Assembly (NCBI GenBank): GCA_963704895.1
Contig: CAVPID010000002.1
Coordinates: forward strand, 638,752-702,751
From: an uncultured Flavobacteriaceae bacterium
Lineage (GTDB): Bacteria > Bacteroidota > Bacteroidia > Flavobacteriales > Flavobacteriaceae
DNA: 64,000 bases
Direction: 5' to 3'
In this document: in pieces, positions 53,057 through 63,392 of the stretch
Layout: each line of letters starts with the position of its first letter
Numbering within the stretch: the first letter of the stretch is position 1
Notes under the pieces: generated by a model
What the model was told of the DNA's origin: nothing
Database searches by the model: none
What the model saw: only the letters and a program-made list of their open reading frames with translations
Position numbers and translations under genes: made by a program

Positions 53057-56000
53057 ATGAAGCATTGCTCATTGTTATTTGCCTTGATTCTTCTGGCCCT
53101 TTTAGGTTCAGCAGTTCAATCATATGGACAGGGAACATTCCTGGATAATTTCAATACTACCTTATATTCCAACAATAACGGAACGGCTAATTTTGCCACA
53201 AACTGGGTTGAATCCAATGAGACGACAGATCCCACGAATGGGAGAATATTGATTAACAGCAATCAGTTACGCTTTCAGAATTTAGATGATAGATTCATCA
53301 CAAGGACTTTAGACCTATCTGCTGCCACTTCAGCCATATTAACATTGGACTTTCAAAGAACTAATGGGAATGAATCCATCCTGGTACAGTTGTTTGATGG
53401 GAGTTCGTTTAACACCATAGCTACTTTAGCTGGAAACGGTTCGGTAAATTATACACTAGCGGCAGCGGAAATGTCAGGAACATCAGCAATCAGATTTATT
53501 ACAGGTAGTGGTAACTGGGGAAATAGCGAGACCATTTTTATTGATAATGTACAGTTTGTGACTACCTCCACGCCATTTATCTCCATTGATGATGTATCGG
53601 TTAATGAGAATGCAGGAACAGCAACGTTTACGGCCACTCATTTGGGTCTTCCTACCGGAGGTCCATTTACGGTGAATTACCAAACTGTTGATGGTACGGC
53701 TACGGCAGGAAATGATTATACGGCCATTGCAGGTGGTATATTGAGCTTTAACGGAACTGTTGGTGATACAGAAACCATCGTGGTATCAATCACGGACGAT
53801 ACGCTTTTTGAATCTGCAGAAACCTATACCATTCAATTAACAGGAACTTCTGATATTTCAGTCAATATCACTGATACGGGTACTGGGACTATAAATGATA
53901 ATGAAGTGGTATTCGGAAATACTCCACTTACCCTTTTTAGGGAATTTGATGGTTATATGGACTATACCTCTACAGCAGGTACACTGAGGACACAGCCAAA
54001 TACGGTAGATCCATGCTCGATTACTACTTCCTCATCCAACACATTGAGTTCTCCAATACCTGCAGGAGCAACAATTGATGCCGCGTATCTTTATTGGTCT
54101 CATTCCGGGGCTACTATGGATTCTCAGGTAACTTTTGAAGGTACCACAATAGATGCGCAGGTGGCATATACAAGTTCTATCATAGGGCTTACGTTTTATG
54201 GCATGTTTAGTGACGTAACCAGCCTTGTAACGACTATTCCTAATCCATCTGCGAATGTCTATGATTTTTCAGGTCTGACAATAGACAATACTGGTTCTTA
54301 TTGTGGTAGCAGTGTTGTTTTGGGAGGATGGTCATTGATGATATTTTATACAGATACCAGTCTCCCGGCTTCTACAATTAATCTTTATCAGGGTTTTGAC
54401 GGGAATCAGAATTCCTCATCCACATTTTCATTAAGCGGTTTTTATGCCATTGGATCTGTGGGTTCGAAAACAACAGCCTTGTCTTGGGAGGGAGATCAGA
54501 CCCTTGCGAACAATGAATCCCTGCAATTTACAACCCCATTGTCCGGAACCAACCTTCTGACAGGTGACGGAGATAATGATGGGATTTCGGCAAACAATCC
54601 GTTTAATTCCACGCATTTTGACAATACTGTATTACCGAACCTTAACAACACCGCTTCCCATGGGGTAGATCTGGATACTTATGATGTATCGGCCTTTATC
54701 CTTCCCGGGGAAACCAGCGCAACCACGCAGGTAAATGTAGGTCAGGATTATGTAATCATGAACGCTGTAGTACTCAAGGTACCATCCAACTTAATTACCG
54801 GACGAGTATTTGAAGATATGAATTATGGAGGAGGAGCCGGGCGAAACTATGCATCTGCTTCTGGTATTGGATTGCCCGGTGTAACGGTTGAATTATATGA
54901 TTCAGTGGGTACTCTGGTAGATACCCAAACCACGGATGTATCAGGTTCCTATGTTTTTGCCGGGATGGTTAATGGAACTTATAGTATTCGTGTGGTAAAT
55001 GGAAGTGTCAGATCTTCGAGACCCGGAGGAAGTGCTTGTACAAGCTGTATACCTGTCCAAACTTTTAAAACCGAATATATAGCCAGTGTTTTGGTAGAAA
55101 GGGCAAATGAAGTGGGTGGTGCAAATCCGTCTGCAGCAGATACCGGTGCAGGAGTATTTGCTGGCGCACAAACTTTAGCTTCGGTGACCATAGTAAATGA
55201 AGGTGTTGCCGGATTGGACTTCGGTTTCAATTTTAATGCAATTGTGAATACCAATGAAGATAGTCAGGGTTCTTTGGAACAATTTATCGTGAACAGCAAT
55301 GAATTAGGAGAAACCGGGCTCGATATTGAAGCCAATGGTATTTTTGATCCTGCGGCAGGAGAAGATACTTCTGTATTTATGATCCCACCAACAGGAGATG
55401 CCCTGGGAAGAACGGCAGATACAAATTTTGTAAGTGGTTATTTTGATATTTTAATATCTAATGGAAGTCCATTAACCAACATTACCGGCAACAATACCAA
55501 AATAGATGGCAGAGCACAAACCGCCTATTCCGGAAATACAAATTCCGGAACAATAGGTTCGGGAGGAAATGCTGTGGGAACTTCTGCCACACTATTACCA
55601 AATTTTGATCTTCCTGAGATACAGCTTCACAGAAACAATGGCGACGTAATCATTACAGAAGGTAGTTCTGTAGGGATAAGAAATATTTCCGTATATGCTG
55701 GTAATAACTCCGGAATTAGGGTGGATAATGGCTCCCCTACAATATCCAATAATCTATTGGGTGTCAATGCTCTAGGCTCTAATTCAGGGAATATAAATTA
55801 TGGAGTAGAAATAACCAGTGGTACTACTGTTGTAGAGGGCAATTATATAGCGACCAATACAGATTCGGGAATTTTGATTGACGGAGGTAGCTCTTCCACT
55901 ATTCAAAATAACCATATAACAACGAACGGTAATGGCCCTTGTGATGATAATATTACAATTGTAGGTGGAACAGGAATCGTGATACAACAGAATTTAATTG

Positions 56001-56797
56001 AAAATGCCTCGGGTCTAGGTATTGACGGGGATGGAATTTCAGGAAATGTATCAATACTGGAAAATACAATTACTGGTTCTGGCCAGGATGGAGGTACCTG
56101 TAGCGGAAATCTTGAAAATGTAGGGATATTGCTTGACGGTAATAATTCTGCTATTACAAATAACATTATATTTTTCAATGGTGGCCCGGGAATCGTTCTG
56201 GCCGGAGGTAACACCAGTGGAAATCTGATATCTCAAAACTCCATTTATGCCAATGGAACGGCTACGGATGCTCTGGGTATTGATTTAGACGATTCGGATA
56301 ACACCGGAGACGGGGTTACCCTGAATGAGAATGGGGATGCGGATAATGGACCTAATGGTTTATTGAATTTTCCAATTATAACAAGCGCTTATATGTCCGG
56401 GACTAACCTTGTGATCAAAGGATGGGCACGTCCCGGGGCTACTGTAGAGGTTTTTCTGACCGATGTCAATGAAGGAACTGCCGCGGCGGGAGATAACGAA
56501 TTAGGCTTTAGTACAGACTATGGTGAAGGTCAGGTATATCTGGGTACTGCCGTCGAAGGAAGTGGTGCTGATCTTGATTCGGGTAGCTCTTCTTATACTG
56601 ATGTTGACGGAAATACGGACAATACCAACCGTTTTCATTTTAATATAGCAATTCCTCCTATGGCTTCTATTGGTGATTTTATAACTGCTACTGCTACGCT
56701 AAGCAACAGTACTTCTGAATTTTCTCCGATGAGTGTGCTAAAAGTACAAACGATCATTACAAATCGAAGAATTACCTATAGGGTTAATCGCAACTAG
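53057..56797 (+). CDS. Large secreted surface protein (jelly-roll N-domain, Calx-beta, SdrD-B/Cna-B-like, parallel beta-helix repeats) ending in a short ITNRRITYRVN tail
   Basis: The track ORF starts at 53027. ATG 53057 gives a clean signal peptide (MKHCSLLFALILLALLGSAVQSYGQ). The Calx-beta signature is FISIDDVSVNENAGTATF...VDGTATAGNDYTA. The Cna-B-like segment is GRVFEDMNYGGG...GVTVELYD..G......TTDVSGSYVF. PbH1-like repeats are present (NNLLG, GNYIATN, NNHITTN, QNLIEN, NNIIFFN). I recognise no T9SS type A or type B CTD. Confidence 0.8.
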   Translation: MKHCSLLFALILLALLGSAVQSYGQGTFLDNFNTTLYSNNNGTANFATNWVESNETTDPTNGRILINSNQLRFQNLDDRFITRTLDLSAATSAILTLDFQRTNGNESILVQLFDGSSFNTIATLAGNGSVNYTLAAAEMSGTSAIRFITGSGNWGNSETIFIDNVQFVTTSTPFISIDDVSVNENAGTATFTATHLGLPTGGPFTVNYQTVDGTATAGNDYTAIAGGILSFNGTVGDTETIVVSITDDTLFESAETYTIQLTGTSDISVNITDTGTGTINDNEVVFGNTPLTLFREFDGYMDYTSTAGTLRTQPNTVDPCSITTSSSNTLSSPIPAGATIDAAYLYWSHSGATMDSQVTFEGTTIDAQVAYTSSIIGLTFYGMFSDVTSLVTTIPNPSANVYDFSGLTIDNTGSYCGSSVVLGGWSLMIFYTDTSLPASTINLYQGFDGNQNSSSTFSLSGFYAIGSVGSKTTALSWEGDQTLANNESLQFTTPLSGTNLLTGDGDNDGISANNPFNSTHFDNTVLPNLNNTASHGVDLDTYDVSAFILPGETSATTQVNVGQDYVIMNAVVLKVPSNLITGRVFEDMNYGGGAGRNYASASGIGLPGVTVELYDSVGTLVDTQTTDVSGSYVFAGMVNGTYSIRVVNGSVRSSRPGGSACTSCIPVQTFKTEYIASVLVERANEVGGANPSAADTGAGVFAGAQTLASVTIVNEGVAGLDFGFNFNAIVNTNEDSQGSLEQFIVNSNELGETGLDIEANGIFDPAAGEDTSVFMIPPTGDALGRTADTNFVSGYFDILISNGSPLTNITGNNTKIDGRAQTAYSGNTNSGTIGSGGNAVGTSATLLPNFDLPEIQLHRNNGDVIITEGSSVGIRNISVYAGNNSGIRVDNGSPTISNNLLGVNALGSNSGNINYGVEITSGTTVVEGNYIATNTDSGILIDGGSSSTIQNNHITTNGNGPCDDNITIVGGTGIVIQQNLIENASGLGIDGDGISGNVSILENTITGSGQDGGTCSGNLENVGILLDGNNSAITNNIIFFNGGPGIVLAGGNTSGNLISQNSIYANGTATDALGIDLDDSDNTGDGVTLNENGDADNGPNGLLNFPIITSAYMSGTNLVIKGWARPGATVEVFLTDVNEGTAAAGDNELGFSTDYGEGQVYLGTAVEGSGADLDSGSSSYTDVDGNTDNTNRFHFNIAIPPMASIGDFITATATLSNSTSEFSPMSVLKVQTIITNRRITYRVNRN

Positions 56798-57027
56798 CCC
56801 CTTTTATTATTTTAGCTTAAAAATCGAAAATTTCCCTCTTTATAAATAGTTTATATACAATTAATTAAGTGTATTATACATAATCAAAACCACAGCTTAG
56901 TCATAGTTGGTGATTGAATAATCCATCTACGCAACATTTATTTTGCCCTGAAAATCAGAAGGTTAATTTTACATATTACATTAATCCGTACGGAAATTAA
57001 TATTTCCTTCGGAAAAAAGATTAACCA

Positions 57028-59058
57028 ATGTTGGGAAGAGATACCCTCTTAGTGGTTTATAAAATCAGTTGCAGTCTAGTATTTATCCTGTTTCTTCTTT
57101 CATTTGGAGGAGTAAAAGCCCAAACGACCATCTGGGCCGAAGATTTTAATTCATATCCCAATGGTACAATTACAGGAGCCGGAATTGGTACCTCTCCCGT
57201 GAATTGGAACTCACAAGCTGGAGCAGGGGTATCAGGAGGACTTATCCTGGCAAGTAACACAAGAAATGTAGCGTCTTCAACACTCGCTAATCCTTTAATT
57301 TGGGTAACTGACCCCATTAATATAAATGGCAATACCAATGTTACTTTTAGTTTAAATGTTGGTGCTTTTAATGTTGCCAATTTTGAAGACAGTGGCGGGT
57401 CTCAGGATAATTTTACATTGGAGTACAGAATCAATGGAGGAGCAGGCAGTTGGGTCACCGTAGTAAGCGCTTCCGGATCGGCGGCTCAACCAATTAATCC
57501 GTCCTACAGTATTTCCGGATTATCCGGTTCAACACTGGAGGTCAGGGCAAATTTTCATAATACTGCAGGGAATGAAAACTATACGATTGATGATGTTCAG
57601 GTAACAGGTTTTCCAACAGTACCGAATCAACCACCTGTACTGTCAGCAACTGGCGATCAGGTCTACTGTCCCGGAACGTCTATGCCGATTGTTCAAAGTA
57701 TAAGCATTACAGATCCGGATGATACGAGTACCAGTGCCGTTTATATTCAGATTTCTACCGGTTATCTAAATGGGGAGGATTTACTCACACTAACAGGAGT
57801 TCACCCAAATATTACCTCTTCCTGGGATGCTGTACAGGGAGAATTATCACTACTGGGCCCTGCCACCTATGTTGAATTTGAAGCAGCAATTTTGGCAGTG
57901 GAATATACAAGCAGCGCTCCGGTTCCAACAGGCACGAGACAATTTTCTACAACAGTAGGAACAGCTAATTATTTGCCGTCGACAGGGCACTATTACGAAT
58001 ATGTTTCTAATCTTGGAATAACCTGGACCTCGGCCAATATCGCTGCAAATTCAAGAACCTATTTTGGGTTACAAGGGTATCTTGCAACCTTGACTTCACA
58101 GGAAGAAGCGGATTTTTCGGGATCGCAGGCTTCCGGCGTTGGATGGATTGGTGGAAGTGATGCTGCTACAGAAGGCGTTTGGTTATGGGTTACTGGCCCT
58201 GAAGCAGGCACTAACTTTTGGAATGGAACTGCCGGTGGTAGTTCTCCTAATTTTGCATTTTGGAATACGGGTGAACCAAACCAGTCTGGAAATGAAGATT
58301 ATGCCCATATCACACACCCCAACGTAAATCCTAATGGGTCCTGGAATGATTTAACAAATACAGGTGCGGCATCAGGAAATTATCAGCCACAAGGCTATGT
58401 CGTTGAATATGGGGGTATGCCTGGAGATCCAGTATTAAGCCTAACTGCAACTACAACGCTAAATATGGATACCGTAGATCCAACCGCTAGTAATCCGTCA
58501 CCTGTTACAGTGTATTGTACCTCAGATGTTCCTGGTGTGGATGTAAATGTAGTTAGTGATGAAGCAGATAATTGTACTTCCAACCCTGTAGTTACTCACG
58601 TAAGTGATGTAAGCGATGGTGGAAGCAATCCTGAAATTATTACACGTACCTACAGAATAACCGATGATTCCGGGAATAGTCTTGATGTAACACAGACCAT
58701 AACCGTAGATTCTATCGAGATTACTACCCAACCTTCTGATCAGAATGTATTTGTTGGCAATAATGCCATATTTGCGGTAAACACTTCAAATGCAGATACA
58801 TATCAATGGCAACTAAGTACAAATGGAGGAAGTAGTTTCAGCAACATTTCCGATGGCAGTGAATATTTGGGAACGTCAACTACGTCCCTAACAATATTGG
58901 CCCCAGAAATCGTCAAAAATGGCTACTTATATAGAGTACTGGTTTCAAACTCAGGTGCAACTTGTCCACAAGTTACTTCAAACTCGGCAATTCTCAATGT
59001 TAGGGTAGCCACTGTTATCACAAACCGAAAAATCACTTTCAGGGTTAATAAGAGTTAG
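57028..59058 (+). CDS. Secreted surface protein with jelly-roll N-domain, C-type lectin domain (EPN/WND), HYR-like and Ig-like domains, ending in an ITNRKITFRVN tail
   Basis: 676 aa. The signal/TM segment ends GGVKAQ. The CTLD segment is GHYYEYVSN.ITW..A......YFGLQGYLATLTSQEE..F......GWIGGSDAATEGVWLWV..PE...FW......GEPN..GNEDYA.......NGSWNDL. Confidence 0.8.
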   Translation: MLGRDTLLVVYKISCSLVFILFLLSFGGVKAQTTIWAEDFNSYPNGTITGAGIGTSPVNWNSQAGAGVSGGLILASNTRNVASSTLANPLIWVTDPININGNTNVTFSLNVGAFNVANFEDSGGSQDNFTLEYRINGGAGSWVTVVSASGSAAQPINPSYSISGLSGSTLEVRANFHNTAGNENYTIDDVQVTGFPTVPNQPPVLSATGDQVYCPGTSMPIVQSISITDPDDTSTSAVYIQISTGYLNGEDLLTLTGVHPNITSSWDAVQGELSLLGPATYVEFEAAILAVEYTSSAPVPTGTRQFSTTVGTANYLPSTGHYYEYVSNLGITWTSANIAANSRTYFGLQGYLATLTSQEEADFSGSQASGVGWIGGSDAATEGVWLWVTGPEAGTNFWNGTAGGSSPNFAFWNTGEPNQSGNEDYAHITHPNVNPNGSWNDLTNTGAASGNYQPQGYVVEYGGMPGDPVLSLTATTTLNMDTVDPTASNPSPVTVYCTSDVPGVDVNVVSDEADNCTSNPVVTHVSDVSDGGSNPEIITRTYRITDDSGNSLDVTQTITVDSIEITTQPSDQNVFVGNNAIFAVNTSNADTYQWQLSTNGGSSFSNISDGSEYLGTSTTSLTILAPEIVKNGYLYRVLVSNSGATCPQVTSNSAILNVRVATVITNRKITFRVNKS

Positions 59059-59213
59059 AAATAATTTAGATATGAAGGATTGTTCATTCATGATAAATTT
59101 ATAAACGCTTACTAATTAGTCCTTTAGCTTAAATATTTCTTTTTTTAGTAGTGAATCGGTTATAATCCCACGCTCAAATCCGACAAATAAAATTTCTAAT
59201 AGTAAATGTCATT

Positions 59214-59468
59214 TTGAATACTGACATCTGTCAATTGCAGCCATTAAATGGCTATATATCGGTAGATTTAGCAGATACAGTAATCCATACTGGCAAAAAT
59301 TTCAATGTATTAATTATTACGGGTGTAACTTCTTCAGATGACGGTGACCATTTCAGGGTTATAATCTCAAAAAATATGTATATCTGTAGTGATATTACGT
59401 TCAATTTTATGACGCTCAGCATCCATGTAAATACCATAATAATCAATAGAAAATTGTCTGTAGAATAA
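59214..59468 (+). pseudogene. Decayed 3' remnant of an adhesin gene of the same family (Ig-like domain + tail)
   Basis: The 84-aa ORF ends ...DDGDHFRVIISKNMYICSDITFNFMTLSIHVNTIIINRKLSVE*. This parallels ...NGYLYRVLVSNSGATCPQVTSNSAILNVRVATVITNRKITFRVNKS* of the upstream gene. It has no signal peptide and no N-terminal body. Confidence 0.45.
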
Positions 59469-60570
59469 TCAAAAATTAAGATAATTATTTTTGCTCCAAA
59501 ACAGCTTAAAATGACGATTTTTCTTACACCTTACCCCTCGGTAAGTGCTGATATAATTGGGATAATCGACCAACGAAACCCCAGAAATTTTAAATTATTT
59601 TTAGCCAACACTTCAATTATCGATGTTTATACAATGCATTTCAACGAGTACACAACAATTATTTTACCAGGGCAGTCATAGGGTTAATTTTGTAATGTGT
59701 AATTAAACCGTTTGAATAATAAACTATTGATTGATGGATTAATCCATCCCCCAGATTATGAATAACTTGACCAACTTAATGAAGTTTAATCAGGCTTGGG
59801 TTCTCTACGGACCATGGAGAAATTCTCTCCGGCCAGAACAAATTTCTTTTCTGTTCGAAAAAAGATATTCCCATTGTCAATTTAATGCTGGTTAATCTCT
59901 TATAAGAATATGATTTAGTTCATATAATGGAAGACAACCAAATAATATTTGTTACACAATTAGAACTGTTAAGTTGAAATAAATATTAGGTAAAAATAAA
60001 GTCATGAAACTAAGACTCTTATTATTAGTATTTCTGGTATCCGGATTTGCTTTTGCCCAAACCACGGTTACGCTGCAAGATCAGTGTAATTGTGAGGTCC
60101 TAAGCGGGACTGCTGTGAATGCAGCAGGGGCAATTAATCCATCAGGGGCAGATACAGGAGATATTTATGTAAATACAAACACAGGTACTATTTATTTTTG
60201 GGATGGTAATAGCTGGGAGTTAACAGCAACAGATGACCAACAGCTTCAGAATTTTAATTTCAATGGAGCTACTAATACACTGACTTTAGATATTGAAGAT
60301 GGTAATTCTGTTTCAGTAGATTTATCCTCTTTAAGTAATAGTGGAACGGATGATCAGGCACTTACCCTGGTTGGTAATATCCTTACTTTAGAAGATGGTG
60401 GTACTGTAAATCTTGCACCCTATTTAGATAATACAGATGATCAAACCATAACCGCATTTAGTATAGATGCAGCGAATATTCTTACGATTACCTTAGAAAG
60501 TGGTAATACAAGAACCGTTGATCTGTCTACCCTGATAGGTACTGATGATCAGACCGCGGCGGAAGTTAAT

Positions 60571-62925
60571 TATGACAATACCACCTCGCTTTTAACGGCG
60601 ACCAATGTACAGGATGCGATCGATGAGATCAATGCAGCTGCCGGAACGGTAGCTTTGGTTGATAATGGTGATGGCACGTATGATTTCACCGATGCCGCAG
60701 GAACGACCACCACGATAACGGATACCTCCATTTCTACTTTGGTAGATAATGCAAATGGAACCTATACCTATACAGATGAGACGGGTGCAACCCAAACTAT
60801 TGATACCAATGCGAGTGCAAACCCATATGACAATACAACTTCTGGCTTAGCGGCCCTGAATGTACAGGATGCGATTGATGAGATCAACGCAGCTGCCGGA
60901 ACGGTGGCTTTGGTTGATAATGGTGATGGCACGTATGATTTCACCGATGCCGCAGGAACGACCACAACGATAACGGATACCTCCATTTCTACTTTGGTAG
61001 ATAATGCAAATGGAACCTATACCTATACAGATGAGACGGGTGCAACCCAAACTATTGATACCAATGCGAGTGCAAACCCATATGACAATACAACTTCTGG
61101 CTTAGCGGCCCTGAATGTACAGGATGCGATCGATGAGATCAATGCAGCTGCCGGAACGGTGGCTTTGGTTGATAATGGTGATGGCACGTATGATTTCACC
61201 GATGCCGCAGGAACGACCACCACGATAACGGATACCTCCATTTCTACTTTGGTAGATAATGCAAATGGAACCTATACCTATACAGATGAGACGGGTGCAA
61301 CCCAAACTATTGATACCAATGCGAGTGCAAACCCATATGACAATACAACTTCTGGCTTAGCGGCCCTGAATGTACAGGATGCGATCGATGAGATCAATGC
61401 AGCTGCCGGAACGGTGGCTTTGGTTGATAATGGTGATGGCACCTATGATTTCACCGATGCCGCAGGCACTACCACCACGATAACGGATACCTCCATTTCT
61501 ACTTTGGTAGATAATGCAAATGGAACCTATACCTATACAGATGAGACGGGGGCAACACAAACCATTGATACCAATGCGAGTGCGAACCCTTATGACAATA
61601 CCACTTCGGCTTTTAACGGCGACCGAATGTACAGGATGCGATCGATGAGATCAATGCAGCTGCCGGAACGGTGGCTTTGGTTGATAATGGTGATGGCACC
61701 TATGATTTCACCGATGCCGCAGGCACTACCACCACGATAACGGATACCTCCATTTCTACTTTGGTAGATAATGCAAATGGAACCTATACCTATACAGATG
61801 AGACGGGGGCAACACAAACCATTGATACCAATGCGAGTGCGAACCCTTATGACAATACCACCTCGCTTTTAACGGCGACCAATGTACAGGATGCGATCGA
61901 TGAGATCAATGCAGCTGCCGGAACGGTGGCTTTGGTTGATAATGGTGATGGCACCTATGATTTCACAGATGCCGCAGGCACTACCACCACGATAACGGAT
62001 ACCTCCATTTCTACTTTGGTAGATAATGCAAATGGAACCTATACCTATACAGATGAGACGGGGGCAACACAAACCATTGATACCAATGCGAGTGCGAACC
62101 CTTATGACAATACCACCTCGCTTTTAACGGCGACCAATGTACAGGATGCGATCGATGAGATCAATGCAGCTGCCGGAACGGTGGCTTTGGTTGATAATGG
62201 TGATGGCACCTATGATTTCACGGATGCCGCAGGAACGACCACCACGATAACGGATACCTCCATTTCTACTTTGGTAGATAATGCAAATGGAACTTATACC
62301 TATACAGATGAGACGGGTGCAACGCAAACCATTAATACCAATGCGAGTGCAAACCCATATGACAATACTACTTCAGGCTTAGCGGCCTTGAATGTACAGG
62401 ATGCGATCGATGAGATCAATGCAGCTGCCGGAACGGTGGCTTTGGTTGATAATGGCGATGGCACCTATGATTTTACCGATGCCGCAGGAACGACCACCAC
62501 GATAAGGGATACCTCCATCTCTACTTTGGTGGATAATGCAGATGGAACTTATACCTATACAGATGAGACGGGTGCAACGCAAACCATTAACACCAATGCG
62601 AGTGCAAACCCGTATGACAATACTACTTCAGGCTTAGCGGCCTTGAATGTACAGGATGCGATCGATGAGATCAACGCAGCTGCCGGAACGGTGGCTTTGG
62701 TTGATAATGGTGATGGCACGTATGATTTCACCGATGCCGCAGGAACGACCACAACGATAACGGATACCTCCATTTCTACTTTGGTGGATAATGCAAATGG
62801 AACCTATACCTATACAGATGAGACAGGGGCAACCCAAACTATTGATACCAATGCGAGTGCAAACCCATATGACAATACAACTTCTGGCTTAACGGCACTG
62901 AATGTACAGGATGCGATCGACGAAT
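60571..62925 (+). repeat. Tandem array of about 9.2 near-identical 255-bp (85-aa) repeats
   Basis: The marker aatgtacaggatgcgat recurs at 60604, 60859, 61114, 61369, 61626, 61881, 62136, 62391, 62646 and 62901. Every spacing is 255 except one of 257. Confidence 0.95.
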
Positions 62926-63392
62926 TGTCAGTTGGTAGTAGTGATGATCAAAATCTAACCGGAGCTACTCTCGATGGGGCTAACCAATTACAAATTGATA
63001 TTGAGGATGGAAGTTCTGCCACAGTTGATCTTTCTTCCCTAGCAGAAACTGTCATTGCCGGAACAGGAGCCATTACAGTTACAGATGATGGTAATGGTAA
63101 TTATACCGTTAATTCAACAGATCCGGATGAAGACTTAACAAATGAACTTACTTTAATAGGAGCAGGAGTACCGGCTGTTATACCTAGTAATAGCGGGGTT
63201 ACTTATGTGGATAGTGTTGCAGGACAGTTATATATTTATGATGGAGCTACATGGATTGCCGTTGGAGGTAGTTCTAGCCCTGATTTGGATGGCGACCCGA
63301 CCAACGAGCAGAACACAGGATTTGCCGTGAATGGTGGAAATCTTGAAATTACTGATAGTGGAGGAACACTTGGTGTAGCCTTATCTTCATTA

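Noticed and set aside
60592-62837. A regular series of minus-strand 67-aa and 72-aa ORFs (MGCTRLICIGIGSICIIYQSRNGG..., MEVSVIVVVVPAASVK...).
   Set aside because: They recur every 255 bp purely because they are antisense shadows of the plus-strand 255-bp coding repeats. They have no independent coding evidence.
60571-62925. The possibility that the regular repeats are a CRISPR array.
   Set aside because: The period is 255 bp with no unique spacers. The units abut directly and are in-frame protein-coding repeats. No cas genes are present.
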